Source of the DNA: Octopus sinensis
Lineage: Eukaryota
Length of the DNA stretch: 64,000 nucleotides
Assembly (NCBI RefSeq): GCF_006345805.1
Contig: NC_042998.1
Coordinates: 106,392,001 to 106,456,000, forward strand
Reading direction: 5' to 3'
The notes under the pieces: generated by a model
What the model saw: the letters and a program-made list of their open reading frames with translations, nothing else
The model's database searches: none
What the model was told of the DNA's origin: nothing
Made by a program: the position numbers and the translations under genes
Shown: piece by piece, positions 1 through 12,731 of the stretch
How positions within the stretch are numbered: position 1 is the stretch's first letter
How the letters are laid out: each line of letters opens with the position of its first letter

Positions 1-538
1 TACATGTTTCTGTTCATAAAATGAAGGATGAGTTGAATAAAACAGTCTTTGATATATTATATCTGAAAAAATAATATATAAATGGTTCCAGGTTAGAATG
101 TCTTAGATTGTAAATGTATTCAATCAGGATTGACCTAATTCTAAACAATTTTAGTGTGTATGTGTGTGTGTGTGTGTGCGCAAATAAGTCTGTGTATATG
201 TTTGTTTATATGTGGCTATGCATGTGTATGTACACATACATGCTTACAGCTATGACACAACTAAAATACTAATTCAAATAAAAATTAAGATTAAGTAACA
301 TGAGATGTGTATCAAATACAATGTATAATATATGATGGCTGCATGAATCTAGTTGATATATAGCCATCATATTATGTGATATGTGTACGACAATTCACAT
401 CAATGTTATCATTTACATATTGTATGTAGTGTGTAGGAGGCTAAGCAGCCATAAAAAAAACATTTATCACATATCTGTACATATACTAAACATTCCACAC
501 ACACACATACAGAAACATAAGTATTTATATCTATATCT

Positions 539-760
539 ATCATCATCATCATCATCATCATCATTTAATGTCTGTTTTCCATGCTGGCATGTTTTGCATG
601 GTTTGACAGAAGCTAGACAAACCAGAGAGCAGCACCAGGCACCATTGTCTGCTTTGGCATGGTTTCTACAACCCTTCTTAATATGACTTTACAGAGTTTA
701 CTGGGTACTGCTTATGGGGCACCTGCAGGGCTGCTTCTTAATGAGACACCAACACCAGCC
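539..760 (-). mobile_element. 5'-truncated copy of RTE LINE 3' tail
   Basis: Reverse complement ends ...CATGCCAGCATGGAAAACAGACATTAAA(TGA)n, matching the 3' end of the LINE at 19800-19968. Confidence 0.75.
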
Positions 761-879
761 AGACAAAGACCTCTCAGCAGCAGTTGAACCAAGGGTGGTG
801 GCTTTGAGCCAGTTGAGAGGTTAGAGGTTAGAGGGATACAGATAAGTGTCTTACTATAAGAGGAAGTATTTGAAACAAA

Positions 880-1511
880 AACACTACAACAAATTAATAA
901 TATACTCTCTGTTGTTGTTAATGACTTCCTCCCATCGTTCAATACGTTTTTCAATGCCTTGGCGATAGAAATCTCCCAGTCTTGACTCAAGGAATTTGTC
1001 CAACCAAGCCCTCTATTCTATGTCATTATTGAAAGATACAGCTTTGGTCATATTGGCGATGTGAGGACGGGTGTTGTTGAATTGCAGAAGAATGCCATTT
1101 CACCTATTTGGTCTTTTTTGCTGAATTGCTTCATTGAGTCGGTGCAGTTGTTGAATGTAGAGCTCCACATTGAGTGTTTGGTTGCACTCAAGCAGTTTGT
1201 AATGTAATAAATTATGCCTTCCCAGTCCCACCATATGCACAACATGGTCTTTTGAAGGTGAAGGTCTTGTTTTGCTTGTGGAGTCACTTGTTTGTCGGGG
1301 CTGAGCCATTCTTTTTCCTGCATCATATTGACACAAAGGTACCATTTTCCTTTGCCAGTGACAATGCAGAAAAGAAAATGTTGTTTGTGACCATGTATTC
1401 AGTGATGTTGAGTGAGCAAACTGGCAGCGATTGTGGAGCATTGATTTTTGTTGTTTTCACTCAAAGTGTGTGGCACCCAAGTGCTGAGTTTCCAAACCTT
1501 GCCCAATGAGT
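880..1511 (-). pseudogene. mariner transposase fragment B (internally deleted, decayed)
   Basis: Minus-strand frames give LGKVWKLSTWVPHTLSENNK, KTMLCIWWDWEGIIYY, LYIQQLHRLNEAIQQKRPNR and C-terminal FYRQGIEKRIERWEEVINNNREYII; stops and frameshifts; YSPDL region missing. Confidence 0.85.
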
Positions 1512-2052
1512 GTCATTTTGGCCTGCTGAAAGCAGTTTTGGTACAAACTTGGCAGACATGTGTCTCATACCCAAATCTTCAGTGATAATGGACTGAACTG
1601 AACTATAATCTATATGCCCTCTGATAACTCGTGGATGGTGATTCAACGATTTTCCCCTCACAGTTGCATGCACATTTGCGATGTTTTTCTCACTTCTGTT
1701 GATTGTGGGTCTCTCAGAACATTCGTCATTATCGACATTTTTTCAGCTCATACATTCCTCTCCATACACCTTCTGCAACTTTGTATAGGCTTCTGAGAAG
1801 GTATTGCCAAGCGTTTGGCAAAATTTGATGCTGATTCTCAGCTCAACTTTCTTTGTTGTGGTCAATGCAATAATCATACACCACACACGTTCATTTCAAG
1901 CACTACTGTAAACAGTGGAAGTGAGCTAGAATAGTAAACCTTAGTGCACATGCACAGCAGAATTCAAGGTCAATCTGTGCCAAGCAGCTTTGCTCTGCGT
2001 ACTTTAGTTTCATTACTATGTCAACAGTCTGGATACATATTGATCAAATCAC

Positions 2053-2054
<2 letters not shown>
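1512..2054 (-). pseudogene. mariner transposase fragment A (5' end and N-terminus, different subfamily)
   Basis: ELRISIKFCQTLGNTFSEAYTKLQKVYGEECMS and IITEDLGMRHMSAKFVPKLLS on minus strand; TIR-like end next to (TA)n at ~2054. Confidence 0.8.
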
Positions 2055-2096
<42 letters not shown>

Positions 2097-2347
2097 GGCG
2101 CATTCAAAGCCAGTGAACAGCAATGACGACACCTGTTTGACTTTGAATCTCTTTAACATTTCAAAATAAGGAGTTTAATTCCTCTTAATTCTACCTCAAT
2201 TCATCTAATTGCATTTATTTATCACTACTTTTCATAAAAAAGCCTCTAGTTTTTTTATATTCAATGTGCATTTTCGCTTTTTATCTTCTTACTTTCCCCC
2301 CTATCTTTTCCACATGTAGTTTCTATTTTCTTTTTGAAACATATTTC

Positions 2348-2381
<34 letters not shown>

Positions 2382-3084
2382 TTTAGGGCCTTAGGGCAGA
2401 AACATATAAAAGAATAAAAGAATGTGCATATAATTCATCATTCAAGATGACATGAATGGGCTTTAATCCAAATCACAACAGCTGTTTTTGCGCATTAGTA
2501 ACAGCACTAGTGCTCTCAAAGTCACTCACCTAATTATGTGCAGGTATATAATATTTATATAATAACATGTATAATATGGAAAATTCAGTAACTAACAGCT
2601 GTTGTTAATGTGCAGAAACAATTGTTGTCATTTGGATTAAAGCCTGTTCATTCAACAATAATTTATGTATGAATTCTGTGTACATTAACAGATTTTCACC
2701 TTTGTATCCAGTAGAAGGAGTAATCCTGGTGTATGATAGCATATGGTAGCCAATAGCCATAGAAGAGCTTTGAAATGCACATTATAAGGACATTAAGCAA
2801 TGATGATGATACATATCATCATTATCATCCTTTAACATCTGTTTTTCGGGTTGGCATGGGTCTGTTGGTTTGACCAGAGCTGGAAATTATCATTTAAAGT
2901 CTTTACATTACATATAGTTTGGTCAGTTATGAACTTCAAATGGGAAGACTATGTCAACTATTTTGCAGTCCTTGAATGAGCCAAAGTCAACAGCATTGAA
3001 ACCGTCGTCATCAAAACTCACAGAACGTCACAGTAGTACTCCTTGTTTACTGTCCATCACATAGCACCAAACCGTCATACCAAA

Positions 3085-3091
3085 TATAGAA

Positions 3092-3143
<52 letters not shown>

Positions 3144-3210
3144 CACACACACACACACACATGCACACATACACACACACACACACATGCACACATACAC
3201 ACACATACAT
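3085..3210. repeat. (CA)n microsatellite
   Basis: Directly visible. Confidence 0.95.
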
Positions 3211-4357
3211 GCAAAAATATCAAGTCATATATTCATCTGCATTAAAGCATGTATGCATGTATGTATGTCTGTATTAATGCATACATGAATGTATGCATGT
3301 ATATATGTATGCATGCATGAATACATGTGCTTATATATGCATATATGAATGTGTTATGTATGTATGCGTGTACGCAAGCATGAATGTATGCGCATATATA
3401 TGAATGTATGTTCAGTATGTCTGAGTCTGCGTAGTTCAGGCCTAGCCATTGAGGTTAAGTGACAACTACAGTTAGTAAAGCCTTTAAAGAGATGCAGTGA
3501 TGATAGTAGCAGGCCCGTGAGGGATTATAGCTAAGACACGGGAAACATCAGTGCCTATACAGATACAAAGCTAGTTACTTAGTTACTCAGTTACATAGTT
3601 ACTATGGCAGAGAAGAAAATGTATTATCTCCTTATGACTGGCTAGCTGAAACACAATCAACTACAGCAGGTATGTCAGGGATTATGTTATTGATGTTGCT
3701 GCTGCTGTTGTTATGTAGCTCTAGGTGAATCCTGATTGAACAGACCTATGATCAAAGGCATTCCTCATGTTTTTCTTTTAGTTCTCTAGCACTAACTACA
3801 TTATTTAATATGTCTTATTTGCTACATGCTATTCGTTATTTGTTTTGTTTTGCCTTTTAGACAGTAGGCTGTATATTTGAGTTGCTATTTCCTGTAGGCC
3901 TAGCAACCACCTAGAGTTTCTTACGTCGGTCTGATTATTGTATGGTGGTGAATAACAAATCACAGGCATCTCCTTCTTCTTCTTCCTTGTTTTCTTGAAA
4001 ATCTGATAATAATACAACCCCGCCAAAAAAATTAATATTGAAGATTAGCAGAAACAGAGACTAGAAAAAAATAATGAAGCAAGCATGAGCCGTTAAATAT
4101 TAAGCAGCATGAAAGGCAGAGCACAAAGTAAGATGAGAGAGTGTGGACAAACATTAAAGAGATCATTGAAGATAGGCAGAAGAGATGATGGCACCGATAT
4201 GGACATGTGATATGTTTATGGAAAATGAACACTGGGTGAAAAATTTTGGCATGTGATTTTGGTGGAAGTTAATCTACAGCTGAGAAAGACAAGAAAAAAA
4301 TTAGTCTGATTGGGTCTTAAGATGCTGTGCTTCACACCAAAAGATGACAGAAGATAT

Positions 4358-4367
4358 CATCATCATT

Positions 4368-4432
<65 letters not shown>

Positions 4433-4436
4433 TATC
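4358..4436. repeat. (CAT)n microsatellite
   Basis: Directly visible; explains the poly-Ile ORF 4344-4547. Confidence 0.95.
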
Positions 4437-5391
4437 ATTTCATATCCACAATTCTATGTTTACATAGGTCAGACAGAATTTGTTGAGACAGATTTTCTGT
4501 CAGCTTTTGGTGTGAAGTACAGCATCCTCAGATTAGTCTCACTATAACACACACACATACAGTTTAGAAGTGCTAAGCAGTGATATGTGTAAATAGAAAC
4601 TTGTTACCAGTTCAAATATGCTTCAAGCATATTAAAACCCATAAGAAAACCATTCACTGTATTTTGTCATGGGGAAAATTTCTTACTGTAAACAGAGAGG
4701 TGTAAACACATGAAACCAGTTCAAAGCACCCTCTGACCAGACTGACAGATACAGGCATTTCAGAGTGGTTATCGCTTCTTCAGCATCAGATACCATAAAA
4801 GGGAAAGCTACAAACTGACAAGAGATGGATATCTCTAATTATATTCCCATCACCATACTATGAGTGGTTGCACTGATTGGTGGCTCACCATAAATAAAAT
4901 ACAGAATAGAAGTACTGAGCATTTATGTATATAGATATGTCTGTCTGTATGTATATATATGTGTGTGTGTGTGTGTGTATACATATGTATGTGTGTGTGC
5001 ATGTATATATGTATTTACATGAATACATATTTATGTGTGTGTACATAAATACGCACACACACACACATATATATATATCATCATCATCATTGTCGTCGTT
5101 TAACGATGTTGATGATGATACATAAATACATATATTATATACATGTAGCCCAGTACAACCTGTTGCATGGTTGGGTTGTCGGGGACTAAACTGGCAACCC
5201 TACCAAGCTTGCTCACTTGGTGAGGAGGGTGATTGTTGGACACCCTGCAGGACGAAAAATAAAAACCTGTCAAAAGGGCAGAGGAACTTGTGAGTAGTCA
5301 ATGACCAGCCAACAATATGTGTATGTGTATATACTGTTTTATCTTATTTTATTGATATTTTAAATTTGATGTATTTAATTTCATATATTAG

Positions 5392-5960
5392 GAGTCAGGT
5401 GGTGCTCCTTAACCGTGGTGTAGGCATCCCACTTAGGAGAGAGAAACTCTGTTATAAAACCTGGTCTTTTATTGCTGAGGGTCTCCTTAATGGGGTTGTA
5501 CTATCAGCAAATTCTGACTCATAGGGTAGACAATGCTCTTCAGCTTGTTTATAGTGGTTTGTTTAGGAGATGGAAACGTCTGAAAAAATAGCCTGAGGTG
5601 TGTTGTTCTTGGTATTGTGGTACATATGTGCACCATATTCTTGCTGACATCACTTCCAAAAAGTGTGGCTGGTTCTACACAAGCCTTCAGCACTTAAATC
5701 AAATCATATGTGTGGGTTTTCTGACAACTTACATTTATTCATTCAATGCAGCAGAGCTTCCACTTGCAAAATCAAAAGCCCTCTCGCAAGAGAGTGAAAA
5801 CAGCAAGGACAAGTAAAGGATATTACTGGAAGTCTCTTGCTAGATCACTACTCAGTCAGCAATCATTGGGTGGTGGCCATTCCAGCACAGAACTTGTGAG
5901 TAACTGTGCTGTCCATGTCTTCTAGTAGTGACAAAGCAGATCTATTTAGACACGGCACTG
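5392..5960 (-). pseudogene. old RTE/RTE-X-like LINE 3' fragment
   Basis: LKACVEPATLFGS resembles the RT C-terminal ACVESxLLYGSETW motif; heavily decayed. Confidence 0.45.
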
Positions 5961-6020
5961 CTTTCCCTAACAAGGGGAGATGCGAGAAAATGACCCCTAT
6001 ATATATATATATATATTTAC

Positions 6021-6133
6021 AGGCACACGCATGGCTGTGTGGTAAGAAACTTGCTTCCCAACCATATGGTTCTGGGTTCAGTTCTACTATGTGACACCTT
6101 GGGCTAGTGTCTTCTATTAAAGCCTCAGGCCTG

Positions 6134-6178
<45 letters not shown>

Positions 6179-6380
6179 AGTATGTATGTATATGTTTGTG
6201 TATCTGACAACCAATGTTGGTGTGTTTATGTCCCTGTAACTTAGCAGTTCAGCAAAAGAGACTGGTAGAATAAGTACTAGGGTTACAAAGAATAAGTCCT
6301 GTGGTTGATTTGTTTGACTAAAGGCAGTGCTCCAGCATAGCTGCAGTCAAATATCTGAAACAGGTAAAAGAATAAAAGAA
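6021..6380 (+). mobile_element. tRNA-derived SINE, CORE-like (octopus OR-type)
   Basis: tRNA-like head GGCTGTGTGGTAAG...GGTTCAGTTC, CORE-like ACCTTGGGCTAGTGTCTTCTA, internal (TA)n, tail CTGAAACAGGTAAAAGAATAAAAGAA. Confidence 0.8.
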
Positions 6381-6466
6381 TGTGTGTGTGTGTGAGTGTG
6401 TGTGTGTGTGTACGTGCGTGCATGTTTGTGTGTGTGCATTTGTGTTAATTGAAGTGTACAATATTA

Positions 6467-6760
6467 GCACCATCCGATCATGGCCGTTGCCAGCCTCGTC
6501 TGGTCTCCGTGCCGGTTGCACGTAAAAAGCACCATCCGATTGTGGCCGTTTGCCAGCCTCGTCTGGCACCTGTGCCGGTGGCACGTAAAAAGCACCCACT
6601 ACACTCACGAAGTGGTTGCATTAGGAAGGGCATCCAACTGTAGAAACACTGCCAGATCAGACTGGGCCTGGTGCAGCCTTCTGGCTTCCCAGACCCGTCT
6701 AAACCATGCTAGCATGGAAAGCGGACGTTAAAAAATGATGATGATGATGATGATGATGAC
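6467..6760 (+). mobile_element. RTE LINE 3' tail copy with two ~62-bp units
   Basis: CACCATCCGA...GGCACGTAAAAAG units, then the conserved tail and (GAT)n. Confidence 0.85.
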
Positions 6761-6849
6761 TTCAATTAATATACCAAGTCTATTGACAGATATACGAGAG
6801 CATTTTTTTACTGATTCATGAACTCTTAGCGTACACACACACACACATA

Positions 6850-7062
6850 GATGGTGGCCCAAAAGTAGGTTTACAGTTATCATGTAGGCACTTTAAATTT
6901 CTTTTAAAACATTTTATTGCATTTAAATTTCTAGCTTACAATTAACTAAATTAGCATAGAATAATGGTTCCCTATTTTTTTTATAATTAAGATTTAACCT
7001 GTTAATATATGAATGTGAAAGTGATAGTTGAATAACTGTAAACCTACATTTTGGTCACCCTG
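6850..7062. mobile_element. Tc1/mariner-type MITE
   Basis: ~30-bp TIRs (GGTGGCCCAAAAGTAGGTTTACAGTTAT / ATAACTGTAAACCTACATTTTGGTCACCCTG) flanked by TA; ~213 bp, non-coding. Confidence 0.75.
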
Positions 7063-7531
7063 TATATATAGAGAGAGGGAGAGTGAGAGACTGTAAGAGA
7101 GAGAGAGAGAGAGAGAACATAAAAGAGAGTGAGAGAGAACATAAGAGAGAGAGACTAATAAATAAATATAGATCTATGTATTAATGTTTGTTTTTGTTAA
7201 AATAAAAACAATTTTGCCTAGAATTGAAGGATTGCTCTATACATTTAGTAGAGTATATGTATATATCCATGTACATGTATTTTTGTGTTTGTCCCCTACC
7301 ATTGCTTGCCAACCAGTGTTGCTTTGTTTATATCCCACCCCAGACCTAACTTACCAGTTTGGTAAAGTAGACTGAAAGAATAAGTACCAGGCTTAAAAGA
7401 TTAAGTTCTAAGGTCAATTTGTTTGACTAAATTCTTCAAGATGGTGCCTGAGCATGACTGCAGTTAGAGGATTAAAGCAAGTAAAAGAGAATAGGAAATA
7501 TCAGAGCAAAAAAATACCAAAATCAATAATA

Positions 7532-7895
7532 AACAAGTAGAAATGAGAGAACTCAGAGAGCGCAAACCTCCACCTAGGCAACACCAACATCTTCTCATCG
7601 ATTAGCCAGAGATAATTTTTAAAATGAGAATATCTGAAATAAACTCGACTGCTCTCACAAATGAAAATACTGAAAATGAACCCGACCGCTCTCAAAAATA
7701 GAATTAAAAAAATAGAAAAATAATCCAGAATCCTTGTCTGGTACTAGGTCAATCCCAAAATCTAATCAGTTCATACCAGTTATGAGGCCAAACATCACAG
7801 AAAGTTTCATCCAAATCCATCCAGCAGTTCTTGAGATATCTTGTCTACGGACAAACAAACAAATGTGACTGAAAATAATACCTCCGCCTTAGCGG
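7532..7895 (+). mobile_element. non-autonomous Helentron/HINE-like element, 3' hairpin truncated
   Basis: CCTCCACC near the 5' end repeated as CCTCCGCC near the 3' end; ACAAACAAACAAA then GAAAATAATACCTCCGCCTTAGCGG; abuts an RTE fragment. Confidence 0.5.
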
Positions 7896-8290
7896 GACAT
7901 GGGACAAAGTATTGAAGGCTGATCTCAAAATGTTGAGCCTTACAAAGGAGACAGAGGACTGAGATATGTGGTGTATTGTTGTACTCGAGAAGATCTGCCC
8001 ACCACAACAAAATAGTTATCATAAAAACCAAGGTGCCACATAAAAAGCATTGGTGTTGGTACTGCTGCCATATAAATAGCACTGGTGCTGGTGGCACATA
8101 AAACGCACTGGTGATGGCACCATGTAAAAAGCACCCAATATACTCTGTAAAGTGGTTGGCATTAGGAAGGGCATCCAACTGTAGAATCCAAACCAATACA
8201 GACTATGGAACCTGGTGTAGCCCTAACCTTGCAAGTTCCTGTCAAACCATCCAACCCATGCTAGCATGAAAGATAGCCGTTAAATGTTGA
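7896..8290 (+). mobile_element. RTE LINE 3' end (last ORF2 codons plus 3'UTR)
   Basis: TWDKVLKADLKMLSLTKE parallels TWDEVVRHDLRTLGLTKE at 18868-18920; conserved tail. Confidence 0.75.
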
Positions 8291-8391
8291 TGGTGGCAGT
8301 GATGATGATGATGATGATGATGGTGATGACAACGATGACGACAACGATGATGATGATGATGATGATGATGATGACGATGACGATGATGACA

Positions 8392-8430
<39 letters not shown>

Positions 8431-8432
8431 GT
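8291..8432. repeat. compound (GAT/GAC)n tract
   Basis: Directly visible. Confidence 0.95.
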
Positions 8433-10032
8433 GACCAAAGAATAAAAAGGATTAATTACTAATTGTGTTAACTTATTTGGGGTACAAATTCCTTTCTTGC
8501 TCTTCTTTTCTCTTTCTCTCCCTTTCATGTTTCATAGTGTTGTATTTGCTTTCACATTCTAAAAATAGATCAGGTGAGGAATTTGGGAGGAAGAATGCTA
8601 TTATATAGTTATAGGTCACCCTTGATCAAGTATACTAACTGTTAGTATCTAGTACTATTTTATTCAGGCACACTGTATCCAAAGCTATATTATCCAATCT
8701 GTGGTATTTAAAGAAATATTAAAAAATTATTAAAAAAAAACAGAGTACGATTTTTTAAAATGATTTATCTGCCTTTTTAATTTTTTTAATTAGTCTAGTC
8801 AGCTGCGTAAAGCTTCTGTCTCAATAAATTGCTCACTTGTTGACTGTTAAAAATATGAATTAAAAAATATATTGAAGAACATAGAAGCCCAGGAAAATTA
8901 CCTGTTGAACTACAATAAACAGAGTCATAGAAATTACTCAAGGGAAAAAGAAATGCCAATGATTATGTTTGGCATCATAGAGAGGTACTTTGTATTCAAT
9001 AATTAAAATTCTTTATTACTTAGCCTTACACCTTCGAAATTCATGCAAAGAAATATATTGTGTGTATATGTGTGAGTGTGTATATATGTATATGTGTATG
9101 TTTGTGTGCATAGGTTTGTGTGCATATATGTGCATGTATGTGTGTATGTGTTCATGTGTATGTGTGTGCACGTGTGTGTGTGTGTCTGCATCTTTTGTTT
9201 CGTGGTTTCCCCCACTGGTTAGTTTTAATTAACTACTAGAAAGGTCACTATTCCAGAATTGTCTAACAATTATTTTTCTCCTGTTTGCATCTCAGTGTGA
9301 TTCACATAAACATTGATATAAATGTATATAAAACATCATCATCATCAGCAGCAGCAGCACATCAGCATCATCAGCATCATCATCCTTTTACGGTCCGCTT
9401 CTCTGTGCTTGCATAGATCACGTAAAATGATATTGGGGAATAGTTTTCCCCCAGCTGGATCCCCTTCATGATACCAACTCACACTTGTTGCCAAAAAAGG
9501 TAACTATCCCCTAGTCTATCAAACGATACCTGCATACCCCTGGGTATGTGGGTATTTTGAAAATACCTCATAGACTGACGACCGTGCCCTGCATAGTTAC
9601 AGGCTGCTCTTTGACAAAGCATAGCACCCATTCAGCCACCCTGCCAAGCTTGCTTTGAAGTCATGGGACTGCAGCATGGGAGATTATGAAGAGCTGAAAT
9701 GAGCCAGTGATGCTTCTTATGTTGATGCTGAGTGAAGGAACCATAGAAGATCAACAATCAGGATTACTAAGCTCTGTCAAGAGAGTAACTGCAACACATT
9801 CCCAAGGGATGGCATCCATGGTTGTGTAATCAACTAATGAAAGATTCATTATGACTCAATCTTCCAATTCAAATTGATAATGATGAAATTGGATGGTGGA
9901 AAAGAGTCATGGGAATCTGCAAAAGTAAAAATCAAACTATGAACAGCCCAGATACAATTACACCGATTGCAAGCAACACTGTTTGAATAAACCTTTTGTT
10001 TACAACCAATAAATACATACATACATACAAAC

Positions 10033-10067
<35 letters not shown>

Positions 10068-10069
10068 AT

Positions 10070-10137
<68 letters not shown>

Positions 10138-10752
10138 CATCATCATCATCGTTTAACGTCCGCTTTACATGCTAGCATGGGTTGGACATATGACTGAGGG
10201 CTGGCGAACCAGATGGCTGCACCAGGCTTCAATCTTGATCTGGCAGAGTTTCTACAGCTGGATGCCCTTCCTAACACCAACCACTCTGAGAGTGTAGTGG
10301 GTGCTTTTACATGCCACTGGCATGGGGCCAGTCAGGCGGCACTGGCAACGACCTCGCTTGAATCTTTTACACATGTCACTGGCGCGGGTACCAGTGGTGT
10401 TTTCTATGTGCCACCGGCACAGAGGCCAGATAGCTGCTCTGGCAATGATCACGCTCAGATGGTGCTCTTAATACCCTACTAGCACAGGGTTCAAGTGCCA
10501 GTAGTGCGACGCTGGTAACGATCACTCTCGAATCATGCCTTTTAAGTGCCACTGGCACAGAAGCCTGTTAGCCGCTCTGTCAATGATCACACTTGTAGGG
10601 TGCTCTTTGCACCCTGCTAGCACAGACGCCAGTTATCAGATTTGATTTTGATTTTTGATTTATGACCTCAACAGGTCTTCGCAAGCAGAGTTTTAGTGTC
10701 CAAAGAAGGAAAGGTACGCATAAGTGGGCTGGTAACGCCCTTGGCATAGGCC
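10138..10752 (-). mobile_element. RTE LINE near-complete 3'UTR copy with degenerate tandem units
   Basis: (CAT)n tail, conserved tail, several diverged GTGCCAC...GGCAC units; 10630-10750 is antisense to the UTR start at 18980-19090. Confidence 0.85.
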
Positions 10753-11469
10753 ATATATATATATGTAGAAAGTTGAAAAGGAAAACACAAGTTGATATAT
10801 ATGTACAAAAAAAATTCAAGATAGAAAATGCTAAAATAATTTTCGAAAAAACATTTCCGTACCGGTTTCACTCATTGAGACTTTTTCAACTGTAAGTATG
10901 GAAAAGAATTAAATTTTGGAAAAATTAAAAGAAAAGTTTTTTTTAAAAGAATATTTGCATAGTGTTCAAATACAAGTGGCATTTTCCTTGTTTCTGCCTG
11001 TCTCTGTCTCTTTTGTTTACTCTTGTGAGTTCCAGTTCATTGTGAATTCTTGATAGGGAAGAAGAAGAAGAAGAAGAAGAAGAAGAATGAGGAGGATGTG
11101 GGAGTGCCATCACAGTAGTATGTTAAATGGTCAACTGCCAGCTGGATGGTAGTAGAATGGTCAAGTGACCTGCTGTGGATGGTAGTAGTAATTGTTGAAT
11201 TCCTGAAACATCTCTTTTGAATGTTTTGTTTATAAAATTTGCCTAGGTGTTATTCTAAACAGCAATAGTAGTAAAGTTAGGAAGGAGGAGGAAGGAGACG
11301 AAGCAGAAAGAGAAGGGAGAATAAGAAGGGATGTAGGTAATATGGAAGTAGTAAGGTGTTAAATAATCAAGTTGGGACTGTTTTTTAATGAATTCTTGGG
11401 AATCTCTTGAGTGTATCATTTTTAATATTTGCGTGTGTATTTGTGTTATTCTATTTCCAGATATATATA

Positions 11470-11710
11470 TATATATCCCCTTCTTCCTAGTTCTCCTGTG
11501 TGATCCCTCTGTCTGGCATTCATCATGATAAATGCTAGCCACTACACATTCTTTATTTTCTCTCCTTCTTTCTTTCTGTGTTCCTTTCTGTGGAAGAGCA
11601 TAGGCTCGAAACATTAAAGACATTTTTTACTTCCCAAGCATTAAACTAAAATATCTGCTTGTTGTCTACACGACCTATCTTTGTCTTTTGTTTTTTTGTG
11701 AATTCTCCTT
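11470..11710 (+). mobile_element. probable Penelope-like terminal fragment with degenerate hammerhead motif
   Basis: CTTT-CTGTGGA-A-GAGC ATAG GCTC-GAAA-CA-TT-AAAG at 11584-11619; family assignment is inference. Confidence 0.45.
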
Positions 11711-11934
11711 ATATATATATATTCAAATATATATCATTTGTAGAAATACATAAATCCAGAGGAGAAGCTTTAAGATGTAGAGCAGTTAATATCATAATGG
11801 GATAGACCGGTTCATGGGGTTACCCTGGGTTTCTCATTCATAAGGGGTTTAGCCTTACAGCATATCTCCAGACCCCAAATGCTGCTGGCCTAAGATCTCT
11901 TTAAAATATGTAGGGGGAAAAGCCTCATTTTTAA

Positions 11935-12350
11935 GGGTAAAACTGTAGCTCATTATCTCCCTTTGCCATATATATATTGTTATGACTCTGTTGCTCATGA
12001 ATGACCATGGGTGCACCTAAGAGATTCCCTCCAGAGTACAAGTCTGGGTGGAGAGTTGCCTCACCGGCAAACGCACAACCTAGGGTTATTTTTATGGAAG
12101 ACCAGGCTGTTGCCCATATATACCAGCCTCCCCTCTCCATGCCAAAGATGTTATCCAAGGGAAAGGCAAAGGGGCCGATACAGCTTGGCACCAGTAATGT
12201 CACAACTCATTTCCACAGCTGAGTGAACTGGAGCAACGTGAAACAGAGTGTCTTGCTCAAGAACACAATACAGTGCTTTGCCCAGGAATCAAACTCCCAA
12301 CCTCCTGATTGTAAGCTCAACATTCTAATCACTGAGCCATGTACCTTCAT
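11935..12350 (-). mobile_element. tRNA-derived SINE
   Basis: Antisense tRNA head (GGAATCAAACTC...CACTGAGCCATG) and CORE-like GTGTCTTGCTCAAGAACACAA. Confidence 0.7.
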
Positions 12351-12390
12351 AATTTATATATATATAAATATATATATATATAGAGAGAGA

Positions 12391-12731
12391 GAGATGTATT
12401 TGCATAGTAAGTGACCTGATCTGAGATGTTGTGCTGGAACAAAAACAATTGCAGCGTGGAAGGTGTTTATAAGCCATTTAAGAAACACACAAAAGCCATT
12501 AGATTCACTTCAACATTTAAATTTAATTTGCCAAAATATTTTCGGCGCTTTGAGACCTCGACCTGTTCACTGACAAAATTCTGTGCAGCATGGAATTTTG
12601 TCAGTGAACAGGTTGCTGTCTCAAAGCGACGAAAATATTTTGGCAAATTAAATTTAAATGTTGAAGTGAATCTAATGGCTTTTGTGTGTTTCTTAAATGG
12701 CTTATAAACACCTTCCATGCTGCAATTGTTT
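12391..12731. mobile_element. fold-back element, family A (probably Penelope-derived)
   Basis: Palindrome 12443-12731 (144-bp arms, centre 12587, about 7 mismatches) plus 52-bp asymmetric tail; second copy inverted at 44826-45165. Confidence 0.85.
12597..12647 (+). ncRNA. candidate minimal type I hammerhead ribozyme, G3:C8 variant
   Basis: Helix I TTTGTCA/TGGCAAA; core GTGAACA plus extra G; helix II GTTGC/GCGAC; GAAA; palindromic helix III AATATT; cleavage triplet UUU. Confidence 0.6.

Noticed and set aside
2700-2767. Minus-strand 68-nt exon candidate
   Set aside because: Weak acceptor, two open frames, no recognisable peptide.
6021-6100. tRNA genes at SINE heads (here and elsewhere)
   Set aside because: Only A/B-box-like remnants; no full cloverleaf, and each continues into SINE body.
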